The notes beneath the pieces are model-generated. The model saw nothing but the letters and a program-made list of their open reading frames with translations, was not told where the DNA came from and made no database searches. A DNA stretch of 63,944 nucleotides, filler included, from Phoronis australis (Eukaryota > Animalia > Phoronida), in assembly GCA_002633005.1 (NCBI GenBank). It is 7 parts of 7 records of this genome, joined end to end, with 100 filler letters (N's around TTAATTAATTAA, not from the genome) between each part and the next. Parts side by side here need not be neighbours in the genome. Positions count along the whole stretch, not along the records: positions 51,721 to 60,491 come from NMRA01001866.1; positions 60,592 to 62,650 come from NMRA01003867.1; positions 62,751 to 63,944 come from NMRA01001906.1; 4 more parts are not named here. One strand, 5' to 3'. The position numbers and the translations under genes were made by a program. Below are positions 52,728 to 63,944 of this stretch, in pieces. Numbering within the stretch: position 1 is the stretch's first letter; the number at the start of each line of letters is the position of its first letter.

Positions 52728-54270
52728 CAATGTCTTTCAAACGAGAACTGCGTTTTTACAAGACGTATGTACAAAGAAGAATAAAATGTTGAACTCAAGG
52801 TGTCTAGTAAGTTATCAGCATGCATGTCGACTACAGTCCCAGCGACGTTTCAGTCAGACAAGATCTGTGTGTGAATAGTGTTAAGACGGAGTAGGTACTT
52901 CAGGAAACGGGTTTACATAATACGATGATAGCCGTTTAGTACTGAGGATCATGTTTGAACAAGAATGGTACTGTGGATGTGCTATGGCAACAGCGTGAAA
53001 ATGTGGCTGTTTCGATAGCAGATAATTTGTGATAGCGTGCCACACCGAGATCGTGACTGGCGTATTCATGACTAGACGATGAAAGCGGACCGAGATAGGT
53101 AGAAAAAGCGCTGTGTTCGAGGGAACCGTGTGACGATTCCGAAAAAAGCGCTTGTCATTCTTATATGGTTGATTACAAAGGTGTTGCATACAACGGAATG
53201 AACGCATGTTTAGTTTTAACTATAACATAAGAAGTTGGTGAATAAGTTAAAAATTCTAATCATTTCTCACTGTAACCTGTCTGTGCTGTAACAGTTGCGA
53301 TTCTTTGTCGTTATTTTTGGTCGTCACCTACAGAATCTAGTCCGCCGCCACGTGGCGGTGTTAGCATCGCAATGGGCCGCATTGCAAGCGACACCTATCG
53401 GAAGTCTGCAGCACTAAAAGTTGGCTATCTCAAATGCAAAATGACGAGTTAGTGAGATTTTACCCAACTTCGCAATTGCGAGTACATCGTTTCATGAGGT
53501 CGGAAGCTGCAGCTACAGATTTCATCTGACCTTGTTTACATTTGAAACCGCAAGCATTCACTAGGAGATGGGCTGAGTTACTCAAAAGGGCCAAGTTCAG
53601 TGACCTAATCCCGAGTGCAATTTCTTAACTGAGAAATTAGTCAATCAGCGACTGAAAACGAGAACTAGTTCTTAGTTCTAAGTGTGCAAACCCAACTATT
53701 TAAAATGTATACCATGAACAGGAGATGCGATGGCCGATTGCCAAGATATCCTCATAGCCTCCGTCGGATTTTAACGGAAAAGCTTAAGTATTTCAATTTA
53801 TTCTAAAATATGGTTAACCCTCGAAATTTGTTGCAAATGCTAATATCACTATATGTAATGAAATACATGATAACGTGGCACAGAAATGGACGAACTTTGT
53901 ATCGAATGAGCTTGGCTAAATGGGTGCAAAATTAACATCTGTGCGACGAGCGATTTCGTCACTTCCGGAGTGACGTATGCCTAATCAATTAATTAAAGCC
54001 CAGGAGCTTTTAATTAATTTCAAAGTTATTAACGATAACCAGAAAATTGTAATTTAATCAACATGTCATTAAAATGGTTGCCCTCCCTTTAACTGAAGTC
54101 ATTTTTACCATGCAATATTGTGAAAACATGAAAGTATTTTCAAAAACACATTTGAGGACAATACAATTCTATTTGCCGTCTATAATGATTACAGTTGTCT
54201 TATTCAGTAACTTGTCTATACCGTTTAAGACTTAATGCCACCATATATATGTATATAGATAAATAGAGTT

Positions 54271-54557
54271 TTAGTTTGATTCCATTTCTTGTTTTGTTTC
54301 CTGGTCTTCCTTTGCACCGTGTTCCATGGCTGCAAACGATTGCTTTTCTTCCTCACTTCCGTTTACGCAACAGGAAATCACGCATAAGCAGATGAAAACC
54401 AAGATGACGAACAAGATGGCTGCGCCGTAACAGACGATTTGAAATATGATTACCCAGAAACTGAGCTTGAATACAGCCGGGTTGCAATACAGCGGATCAG
54501 TAGTGCTTGCTCGAACGCTGTGATAGCTTGGTTTAGCATCAAACACCCAAACTGCAC
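54271..54557 (-). CDS. TMEM272-like membrane protein, last coding exon
   Basis: GAVWVF..P.Y...YCNPAVFKLSFW, then a TM helix and Cys-rich tail; acceptor cttatag, phase 1, stop at 54271. Confidence 0.85.
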
Positions 54558-54630
54558 CTATAAGTAACACCATTGACGTATTTTACAACATCTACACCAT
54601 ACAGAGTTCAGACAAACAGTTATTATTTAA

Positions 54631-55911
54631 AGACGAAGGCAACCTTTTTCCATGTCATTTTGAGCTAAAATAAGGTTGGTTGCCTATCCTAGACATATTT
54701 TCCACTTAATTACAGCTTTTCGTAATTTTGTTAATTACTCGTCCGCTACTCCGGAAGTGACGTTTTAGGAGGCAAGCATTTCGCGCCAATTTCTTTTCAT
54801 ATAGTCTGACTGTGAGAGCTGCCGAGTCAGTCATTGTTCTACCTCGGTTGTGTTAAGTTCCGTCGTCGTTTGCTTTCATTTACTAGTCAGTCAACATGCC
54901 ACACTGTTGCTGCGTACCNNNNNNNNNNNNNNNNNNNNNNNNNNNNNNNNNNNNNNNNNNNNNNNNNNNNNNNNNNNNNNNNNNNNNNNNNNNNNNNNNN
55001 NNNNNNNNNNNNNNNNNNNNNNNNNNNNNNNNNNNNNNNNNNNNNNNNNNNNNNNNNNNNNNNNNNNNNNNNNNNNNNNNNNNNNNNNNNNNNNNNNNNN
55101 NNNNNNNNNNNNNNNNNNNNNNNNNNNNNNNNNNNNNNNNNNNNNNNNNNNNNNNNNNNNNNNNNNNNNNNNNNNNNNNNNNNNNNNNNNNNNNNNNNNN
55201 NNNNNNNNNNNNNNNNNNNNNNNNNNNNNNNNNNNNNNNNNNNNNNNNNNNNNNNNNNNNNNNNNNNNNNNNNNNNNNNNNNNNNNNNNNNNNNNNNNNN
55301 NNNNNNNNNNNNNNNNNNNNNNNNNNNNNNNNNNNNNNNNNNNNNNNNNNNNNNNNNNNNNNNNNNNNNNNNNNNNNNNNNNNNNNNNNNNNNNNNNNNN
55401 NNNNNNNNNNNNNNNNNNNNNNNNNNNNNNNNNNNNNNNNNNNNNNNNNNNNNNNNNNNNNNNNNNNNNNNNNNNNNNNNNNNNNNNNNNNNNNNNNNNN
55501 NNNNNNNNNNNNNNNNNNNNNNNNNNNNNNTCACTCACACTACTGTCACTGAGATACGGGTCACCGACTCCAGCCATTTACAGCTTACAACACACTAAAC
55601 ATTCCCTAAATCCAACGTAGTTGAGTTCTCTACTAACCTATCTTGCCGCAGAATACTCGCCGATGGAAAGTGGTGGCGACAATTGTTGAAAAACAACACA
55701 AAACAAAAGTAGAATAGAACAGATTCGCACGGTAAAGTCAACGCAAAACCAAGTGGCAGGAAACGCTTGCCTCCTAAAACGTCACTTCCGGAGTAGCAGA
55801 CGAGTAATTAATAGAATTACGAAAAGGTGTAATTAAGTGGAAAATATGTCTAGGATAACCAACCAACCTTATTTTAGCTCAAAATGACATGGAAAAAGGT
55901 TGCCTTCGCCT
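54631..55911 (+). mobile_element. Kolobok DNA transposon, non-autonomous copy 1, in an intron; interior falls in an N gap
   Basis: TTAA on both sides, TIRs of about 150 bp, THAP start MPHCCCV at 54896 (+) and a convergent ORF start MAGVGDPYLSDSSVS at 55577 (-). Confidence 0.88.
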
Positions 55912-56204
55912 TTAAGACACTTCATTGTGAAAATGACAGTTCTCGGCTGACATGTCACTAAATATACTATTGTTTGTTATACAGAATGGAGTCATGCCAC
56001 CCATAGTTTCTTGGGGTCACCGCAAGCTCATTTTGGGTTTAACAGTAACACTGTATGTTGCTCAATAAGTATGACAGAGAAGACGGTAGGACTGGGAGTG
56101 ATAGAGGACGGGCGTGAGGAAGACGCCAACAACGAAGATGGCGATGGTGGTGTTTGTAGCCGCTAGCCTATGTAGAAGCTGGCAGTGGTAAAGATGCAAC
56201 TTAC

Positions 56205-56468
56205 CCGCTATGAGCCATGCCAACAGGAATATTGAGAAGATGGACTGTGCAAAGTTGGACGTTACTCGAGTTTTTCCGCTCAGGCACTGGTCAACTTGCT
56301 CGTAGGAGTCCAACTTCTCATGCTGACGCCGCTTTTGAAAATACTCAACACTTTTTCTCACGTTTCCATGGCAACCCAAGATGGAAAACGCGAGAGCAAC
56401 ACTGCCGTTCACCAATAGGAAGACCGGGATCAGATGATTGATTGGACAGTCGTGTAAATAGACTCCTC
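56205..56468 (-). CDS. TMEM272-like membrane protein, internal exon
   Basis: GGVYLHDCPINHLIPVFLLVNG...FLLAWLIAG matches the family motifs; 264 nt, phase 1-1. Confidence 0.88.
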
Positions 56469-57060
56469 CTAGGAAAATAGTTCATGGATGAGTTCGAAGT
56501 ACCGAAAAGTAAGCTTTTTGTTTTTACAGTACTAGATACTGCTTCACTAAAACGTGGTAACTTCAGAATCGTTTAACTTAAAATAGATTGAAAATGTCAT
56601 TGTTTCATGATAAATAAAAGTTGTTTTTTTGTAAGTTTATATATAATTTAATCCACCCTTTGTACCAGATAAAGTCACATCTGAGTTGAGTTTCGACAAC
56701 TGTGAATCGGAGCTACTGTGCGACCAGAATGTAATAAAACCTTTAGTGAAAGGTTTCTGTTCTACCAATATGTAGACTTTCAGAAAGACCTTGGCGTGTG
56801 CCACGTGACTTTTAATTAACGTCAGTGGACGCGTTCATAAATGGACCCATGAATTTATATATGCACGTGCCATGCCACCGCCTAACAGAACATTACAGCC
56901 TTTCGATTTCACTCATAATGTTTGATTATTGTATTGTTTGGTTATAAGTAAGCCTTGATTTCTGGTAGACAGCGGTAATATCTAGTCAATAATAATCTTC
57001 AAAATGTGCCATCGGCTGTGAAGACTATTATCTACCTTTAAAAGCTATCCAAGTACTCAC

Positions 57061-57141
57061 CTATACAGATTTCTACGACAGGCAAGATGAGTCCGAGAAA
57101 CGCACATGATGACAGACTGCAGACGAGGCGACACCACTCAC
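57061..57141 (-). CDS. TMEM272-like membrane protein, first TM exon (GEWCRLVCSLSSCAFLGLILPVVEICI)
   Basis: 81-nt phase 1-1 exon with cag/gtgagt borders, in frame with the next exon. Confidence 0.8.
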
Positions 57142-58408
57142 CTGCGTGAAATGTATTAAATGAATACGCTCTTTAGATTATGGCCGGAGCAAGTCTGAGT
57201 GTAATTGAGTCTTTCAAGGCATGCATAACAGGTGTTGCTTATTGAAAATTTATACAACTGCTTGATACCACTACAACGTATTGATTTTTAATTTAGTTCC
57301 AAAGGATTTTAACGGACGCTGGGGATAGTAGCGTCGTGCTATGGTCATGCATGTAATCAACTGAAATTTGACGTTGTGTTTAACGAGATTGGGGTCGTTT
57401 GTGACAACTCTAACAGCCTATTTTAAGCTTTACACCAGGAATTGTTTAAAAGTTTAAAATCAGGACGTATTACTTTTAGGCGACCGCTTTGTCAGCAATA
57501 TATAACATTGTTTTCAAAGCTACACTGTGATATTTCTGATCTTGCTGAGCACCTTAGGCTGTGGCACAAAAGTCGCGTTTCGTCAAACAAAATAAGATTC
57601 AGTTTGGACCACTTACTACTATGGAGTTGTTATCGGCTGGTTTCATCAGAAAAATTAGAACCAATTTCTTGACTTGGAAAATTGACATTTCGTTCATTTT
57701 CTTGCGACCATGTTCGAGGCATAAATGATCAGCTGTTATAAGCCAATTTGTAGAGCTTCAATTTGTAGAGCCTAGTTCTTTTCAAATAAAGAAATAACCT
57801 CTAATTTCCCTAAGGAACAATTTGACACCAGTTTCAAAACGTTAAGTGGTCTAAATCAAAAAATAATTTTTATGTAATGGCAAAAATAGAAATCATCTAG
57901 TATTTCCATGGTTTTTGTTTAGCACTTTATCTAGACAGAGGCCCAAACCCGCTGTAACCCTCTCCCCGGATGCGGATGTGCCTATACGGGATTAAATTGG
58001 GATTCCAGAATAAAGTCGATTCATCACATTCCTTTTGCAGGACTCAACTTTGCACGTTTTCCCTTAGAACACTTTAGAAACCGTTTCAGACCATATGATC
58101 ACCAGCTACCGCATTTTGAACTAAGATAAGTTCGATGCTACATCATAAATTATAGACAACAAGTTCGCAACTCCGACATTTTCATGTGTGCTATCCTTGA
58201 GGAGGAGCTAATCTCCTAAATTATCTGTTTCAGTTTCCGGTTAGTGTATTGTGACGAGAAATTGTCGCATCTATTTTACTGTACAGTACAACGAAAAAAA
58301 TAATAATTTCGGCATTGAAACGCTGTTCAAAGTCTTCTAATAGTAGAACTGTTGGTATCGTGAGTACTTTTAGCAATGTTACTACCATCCGACCACACAA
58401 TAGCCGAC

Positions 58409-59349
58409 GCAAAAGCAAAAGGTACCTGCTCATCCAAGACCTTTACGGCAAACAGATGGCGCTGGATGCAATGATGCTTTACTAACAGGCAGCGCTGCTT
58501 ACAGTCATGTGACATTCTTGTGTGAACTGAATCTTGTGTTGATAGAACATAAAATACAGACGTTTCTACTTGGTGAACCATCAGCTGCCGTGTCGTGCCA
58601 CGGCCAGTCCGGTCTGCTGGGCTCAGTGTTGTTGGCTAACGAGACACTGAACGAAAAAGAAAATATCGCAGAGAATAAAACCTAACATGTATATCACCAT
58701 GTATAATTCAAGCATAATTTAAAAAATATAGTGGTTATGTTTCAACCTAATTAAAATTATGGTTGTGAAGTTGCCAAAATCTCGCCGGGCGGAAAAGTGG
58801 CCGGGCCCGGTTTAGTAGCCTCACCATGGTCACGTTCATTGAATATATATTTTACCCCAGCGTTTAGGCCGAGCAACCACAACAGCGTATATTCTTAACA
58901 CTTTCATCTTAATTATATGTTATAAATAGTTGTTACAAATGGGGTTTTAAACATGGAATGTCGGACACAAAGATTTCTTTTCCACACAAATTCGCCACTC
59001 ATCAGGACATACACTGTCTGGTTTATGAACTCTCGTGACCTGTGGTTACAGTCAGCAGCAGCAGAATGTAGGTCAAGGTTCTTGGTAAAGAGTCTCTGGC
59101 AGACAGTCTTACTTGAGCGATAAAATGACACGTGATTGATGAAAAGCGCCATCTGTTAGCCGTAAAGGTTTTGGATGAGCGGCGATGTGACGTCAGCAGC
59201 TGTAGAATGTAGGTCAAGGTGCTGGGTCAAGATTCAGTTCACACAAGAATGTCACATGACTGTAAGCAGCGCTGCCTGTTAGTAAAGCATCATTGCATCC
59301 AGCGCCATCTGTTTGCCGTAAAGGTTTTGGATGAGCGGGTACCTTTTGC
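58409..59349. mobile_element. Mutator-like (MULE) non-autonomous element with TIRs of about 120 bp and a 9-bp TSD
   Basis: 58415-58536 is a near-perfect reverse complement of 59228-59349; ATAGCCGAC flanks both ends (58400-58408, 59350-59358). Confidence 0.85.
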
Positions 59350-60458
59350 ATAGCCGACCATGATTAGCAGACGACATACTTGCCGGAAATAACACCAGGT
59401 GTCGCTAATGAATAATGACGTAACGGCTTATGCGTACCATCGATTTCGTCCATTGACAGTATACGGAGTTAGCGGTTCATGTATTATAGTCTATGATTAC
59501 ATCTATACTGCATATAAACTTTTCTTTTCCCAACCAGGATTGTCCCATGGAATTGTATTGTTTGACAACATTAGCGACCCTGTACTATCCGCTTTTGTAA
59601 ACGTCCGACTCAAATCGTCTTCTGCGTACGACCACAGATTTTTGAGAACTTACAGAGTTGGCTGTCCATGTACTACAGTCTGTGCTATAATTGATCAAGA
59701 AGAAACACCATACCAGCCAAGATGGTGTAACTCCAACGTCAAGATTAGTTTGATAGAGGATTGGTAGGGAAAAAGGTGTTTGTTGCATCTCGGATCTGTT
59801 AGACGAGGACGGATATTTGGTGGTGTTGGATGGTTTTTATCAAAGTTCAATTGATGTTTTTGAATTTTACGCCGTAAATGGAAAACTTGGAAAATTCAAA
59901 AAGAGACATTGCTTTTTAGTGCGCCTTTTATGCCAATTTTTGCTAAATTATTACTTACATATAAAGGATAAAACGTGCCTACAACAGTTCTGTGCTTCGT
60001 AATTATTCTAGGCCTCGGTATGAAATGAAATAGCAGAAAGATCTTGCTGTACTGCCTAGAACTTCTGACTGGTGGGAAATCCCTATTGTGTGAACTTTAC
60101 TCTTAATGTGAAGGTTTGGTGCTTTTAGTTTAGGCTGTTACATTGAATTAGAATCCCTGTCTTATAAGAATTGGTGAGTAATTCCTCCCTGTTTGTATAT
60201 TTTCTGTAAGCGGGAACCTGAGGATTTGAATCATAACGCTGACAGTGTGATGTTCAACAGTTTTAGAACACTGCAAAGAATTGGTCAAAACAGTATTTCT
60301 CTGGCTACCAATGCAGTTCTATTTGGCAACGGATGTAGAAACCATCCAGTGCAAAACTTAGTTTCATGTCTTCATATATTCCACTTATATAAGCAACGCC
60401 TCAAAACCTCCAAATTTTGACTACATTGAAAAAAGAAATGATGTTCCTAAAAATGCAC

Positions 60459-60491
<33 letters not shown>

Positions 60492-61214
60492 NNNNNNNNN
60501 NNNNNNNNNNNNNNNNNNNNNNNNNNNNNNNNNNNTTAATTAATTAANNNNNNNNNNNNNNNNNNNNNNNNNNNNNNNNNNNNNNNNNNNNTTTGTTTCC
60601 AAATTCTGGGCATGACCACGCACACAGTTTGTAGTTTCATCAAAAGTCTTACATTCAACAGCTACTGAAAAATTTGTATTTTAAAAACACAGTACGGAGC
60701 ATCGCTGGACAGAAGAAAAAAAAATGTGTCGAATAATTGACAGCAAGTCAGGGCAGCACAGCGAACAATTGATCGACTACACAATGAGCGAGTTCTTAAT
60801 ATGTGTATGACTCACTATTTGATATTATCACCCCACTGTCTGTGGCCTTATTTATTTAGGAGCGAAAGAACTATTATCAGGCTTGGTAGACGTTATTTGC
60901 TCCTGGTCTCTAAAGCCGTGTGAACCACTTTTTTTTCTTTTCAGGTTCTATTCAGGGATGTAATTTAGTTGCAGACTCATGTCATTGTCTGTTAAAATCA
61001 AACCTGATTTTATGTTTTTTTAATCACCATTGTACTGGTAAAATAGGCCGACATGCTCTAACAAATGCACACTGTAGTTTTTTTACAAAAACCTCAAATC
61101 CTCAAGTCTGTAGCTTCTCAAGCCTAGATGTATACCCCATCAAATCTGGACAAAGTAAAAGCAGATTGTAATGACAACGGCTCATTCAATGCGATATCTT
61201 AATGGTTTGCTCAC

Positions 61215-61302
61215 CTTGGATACTCCTGCTTATGTAGTGGAATGAGTATTTACTGCAGCAATACGCAGCTTTTGCTTTTCTGAGCTGCGTGCTTATTTTG
61301 AC
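61215..61302 (-). CDS. Possible upstream exon of the TMEM272-like gene (KISTQLRKAKAAYCCSKYSFHYISRSIQ)
   Basis: Phase-1 donor CAAG|gtgagc and an open frame; the acceptor is weak and a contig spacer lies between it and the other exons. Confidence 0.3.
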
Positions 61303-61622
61303 TCAATGATAGTTATATTGAGTTCTTAATTTTCACTATTTAAACACGTTTGCTTAAAGGCGAAGGCAACCTTTTTCCATGTCATTTTGAGCTAAAATAA
61401 GGTTGGTTGGTTATCCTAGACATATTTTCCACTTAATTACAGCTTTTCGTAATTTCATTAATTACTCGTCCACTACTCCGGAAGTGACGTTTTAGGAGGC
61501 AAGCATTTCGCGCCAATTTCTTTTCATATAGTCTGACTGTGAGAGCTGCCGAGTCAGTCATTGTTCTACCTCGGTTGTGTTAGGTTCCGTCGTCGTTTGC
61601 TTTCATTTACTAGTCAGTCAAC

Positions 61623-62440
61623 ATGCTACACTGTTGCTGCGTACCAGGATGTACTAACTATCGGTTCACGCGCGCTTTGGGAGTACCTTTGCATCGCTTT
61701 CCGATGGATGACACACTTCGCCGTACTTGGCTCGAGTTCGTGTGAAGAACGCAGCGTTACCCGTCCACGCAACGTACAAAGCAGTGGAGAATTACCGTGT
61801 GTGTGGCAAGCTCTTTCTGCCGTCCGATTACGAAAGGGATTTGCACGCTGAACTGATAAAGGTCCCTGCGAAACAACGTCTGAAGAAGGTTGTCATTCCG
61901 TCTGTGTTGATTCCCAGCAGTGCCAACAGTGCCCCGTCGCCACCCCGAGAATTGCGTATTTGAAGCGAGAAGCCTTGCGAGCTGTGGCCAGTACAGTGAC
62001 TGGAGCCAGTGGAGGCACTTCATCTACTGTCACCCATGCCTCCGAACGTACCCCAGAGCGTGCAATTCCTGGAACCAGTAGTGATTCGCTCTGTGCTGTT
62101 TTCTCCACCCCAGAGCTTCTAAGCAGCCCTGCAGCGATATTAAGTAGTGGGAGTGATTGCAGGCTCAGTTCGACACCCAGTGAAGAGGACAGTTCGTTGT
62201 CCAGTGAACAGATCGGTGAGCCAAACTTTGATGAGTTTATTGTGGACTTGTCTTAAGTATTGGAGCTATTTAGAAGGTCCCAGGTGTGTGGAGAGGTATC
62301 ACACGACACGATGTAAGCAGTTTGGGTGCTCAGGTCACCATCCAGTGGGAGTGTGTCGCGGGACACTCTGGCAAGTGGGACAGTTGTTCCTCTGTCCGTG
62401 GTATGCCGGAGGTCCACTTAATCATGTCCAGTAGTGGCTT
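61623..62440 (+). pseudogene. Kolobok THAP-domain transposase, N-terminal remnant
   Basis: MLHCCCVPGCTN..LHRFP..RRTW, frameshift, RVCGKLFLPSDY..RLKKVVIPSV (THAP); acidic Ser-rich linker; FIVDLS*VLELF; GAQVTIQWECVAGHSGKWDSC..GMPEVHLIMS (region before the catalytic core). Stops and frameshifts present. Confidence 0.8.
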
Positions 62441-62449
62441 GGCCTCGTC

Positions 62450-62650
62450 GAACTCTGAACAGCATAACAACGCACACAGTGCATTTGCACCAAGATGTGT
62501 CACCATGTCTGTCCTCAGTAGCCGCCTCGTTTCTCTTAACAGCTGCCTGTGCCTGTGCGTACTCTGCCTTGTTATACTCGGGCTCAAACATGTACCCATC
62601 CACTGAATGTCCGTGAAAAAATTCCTCGTCACCACTGCTGTGAACAAGGT
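62450..62650 (-). pseudogene. KolX accessory protein remnant (related to the P2X7 intracellular C-terminal domain)
   Basis: GYMFEPEY ... RHGDTSWCKCTVCVVM matches the PYxFEP and WCxCxxCxxM pattern; convergent to the transposase. Confidence 0.75.
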
Positions 62651-63944
62651 NNNNNNNNNNNNNNNNNNNNNNNNNNNNNNNNNNNNNNNNNNNNTTAATT
62701 AATTAANNNNNNNNNNNNNNNNNNNNNNNNNNNNNNNNNNNNNNNNNNNNCTGTTGATCAAGTGTTCATGCAATGCATTGTAATATCAAATGAAGGATAA
62801 GTTTGGTTGCATGACCGCAATTTTTCCACGACTTAAAACAAAAGACCGCAGAAATTTTACTGACGAAATACCGGGTTTGCAGTTCTGTAAAAACATTCGA
62901 ATGACAAGACAAACTCCACCACTGTCCATGGCAACTCGTCGCATGTTTTTTCGCCCATCGGTCCTATCATTGTTTTCCTTTGTTCTGTCATTGTTGGATG
63001 TAACAACACAGGTCGCATGAATATAGAACCTTGCGTACATCAGACCGTTGCCGATAAGTGCTCGTCATTATATCTTTATTATAACAACGGAAACAATGAA
63101 GATGCTAATCTATTGTTCTCTATGCGACCAGGTTTTCCCGTGGATGACCACAGAAGAGGAATCCCAAACTATCCACAAACAATGACCACGCACCTTAGTA
63201 ACTATTACCGCGCACACGAATCCTTTCCGTAGAACCTAAACACCAAATTTTTATATCCGTGTATTGTGTTGTATTGCTCATGGTAGGGGTTCAGACTCTG
63301 TTTTATTAAGATTCCAATCCCCAACCCCCTAATATGTAGTTTGAGTAAAATTTCTAGACAATGCAGTTTTATAGATTTATTCTCCTTCAAATGAAGAGTA
63401 AAAATCAAATTCTGCACAGGTCTTTTAAAAGTAATCACTTATTGGAAGATCACACATCTAAAAAATAAAATAATGTTTGACAATTTTATTCATTATCTTA
63501 TTTGAAAATTGCCTACCTCACAGACAACTCATCTAAGCTGAAAATATTCCTTGTGAAAAAATATAAAATACCAACCAGAGACTTGTGTACTACAAAATAT
63601 GTTTTCGTAATACAATGCAAAGATAACTGTACAGTCAAAAGTGCAAATGTTATCACTCTAATAAAAAGTTGCCTTCTAGATCTTTTCAACACTCTAATTG
63701 CTACAGGACAGAGTCAACCACACAAAGCTCATAAAGTCAGGGAATTACATTTAAGGTGACGTAGTCTCACTGCGAAAAAGTAATTTCGCAATATCGCTGA
63801 CAACACTGGAAATCTCTTCTTCACAAACTTGAGGTAGCTGTATTTACCACACCAATGTTCTTATCAAAACTAACCACCACAATATGAAAAATTGGCTTGT
63901 CGGTTCCAGTTAGGCAGCATTTTACAATAAAATGGTCATGAAAA

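Larger units (their letters stand above)
61358..62650 (+). mobile_element. Kolobok DNA transposon copy 2, internally deleted; right end lost at a spacer
   Basis: TTAA|aggcgaaggcaacc left TIR nearly identical to copy 1 but with a different flank; carries THAP, transposase and KolX remnants. Confidence 0.88.

Noticed and set aside
54631-55911. piggyBac assignment based on the TTAA TSD
   Set aside because: Termini are AG...CT, not CCY...RGG, and the THAP plus KolX content points to Kolobok.

Overview
AT-rich animal (probably marine invertebrate) draft genomic DNA with spliceosomal introns, many small non-autonomous DNA transposons, and six artificial 100-bp spacers (44 N + TTAATTAATTAA + 44 N) that join contigs. 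Recognisable genes: (1) an intact TRIM-NHL gene (RING, B-box, coiled coil, NHL) with one coding exon at 13103-14896 (+); (2) the 5' half of nuclear RNA export factor NXF1/TAP, seven exons on the minus strand at 35683-41602, with the rest lost at a contig join; (3) a TMEM272-like membrane protein gene on the minus strand at 54271-57141. Most unusual: a decayed gene at about 3900-5823 (-) for a bacterial-type DUF294/GlnD-like nucleotidyltransferase with a helical C-terminus, and two Kolobok transposon copies that together show the convergent THAP-transposase and KolX (P2X7 C-terminus-like) layout. All family assignments come from motif recognition by eye, not database searches.
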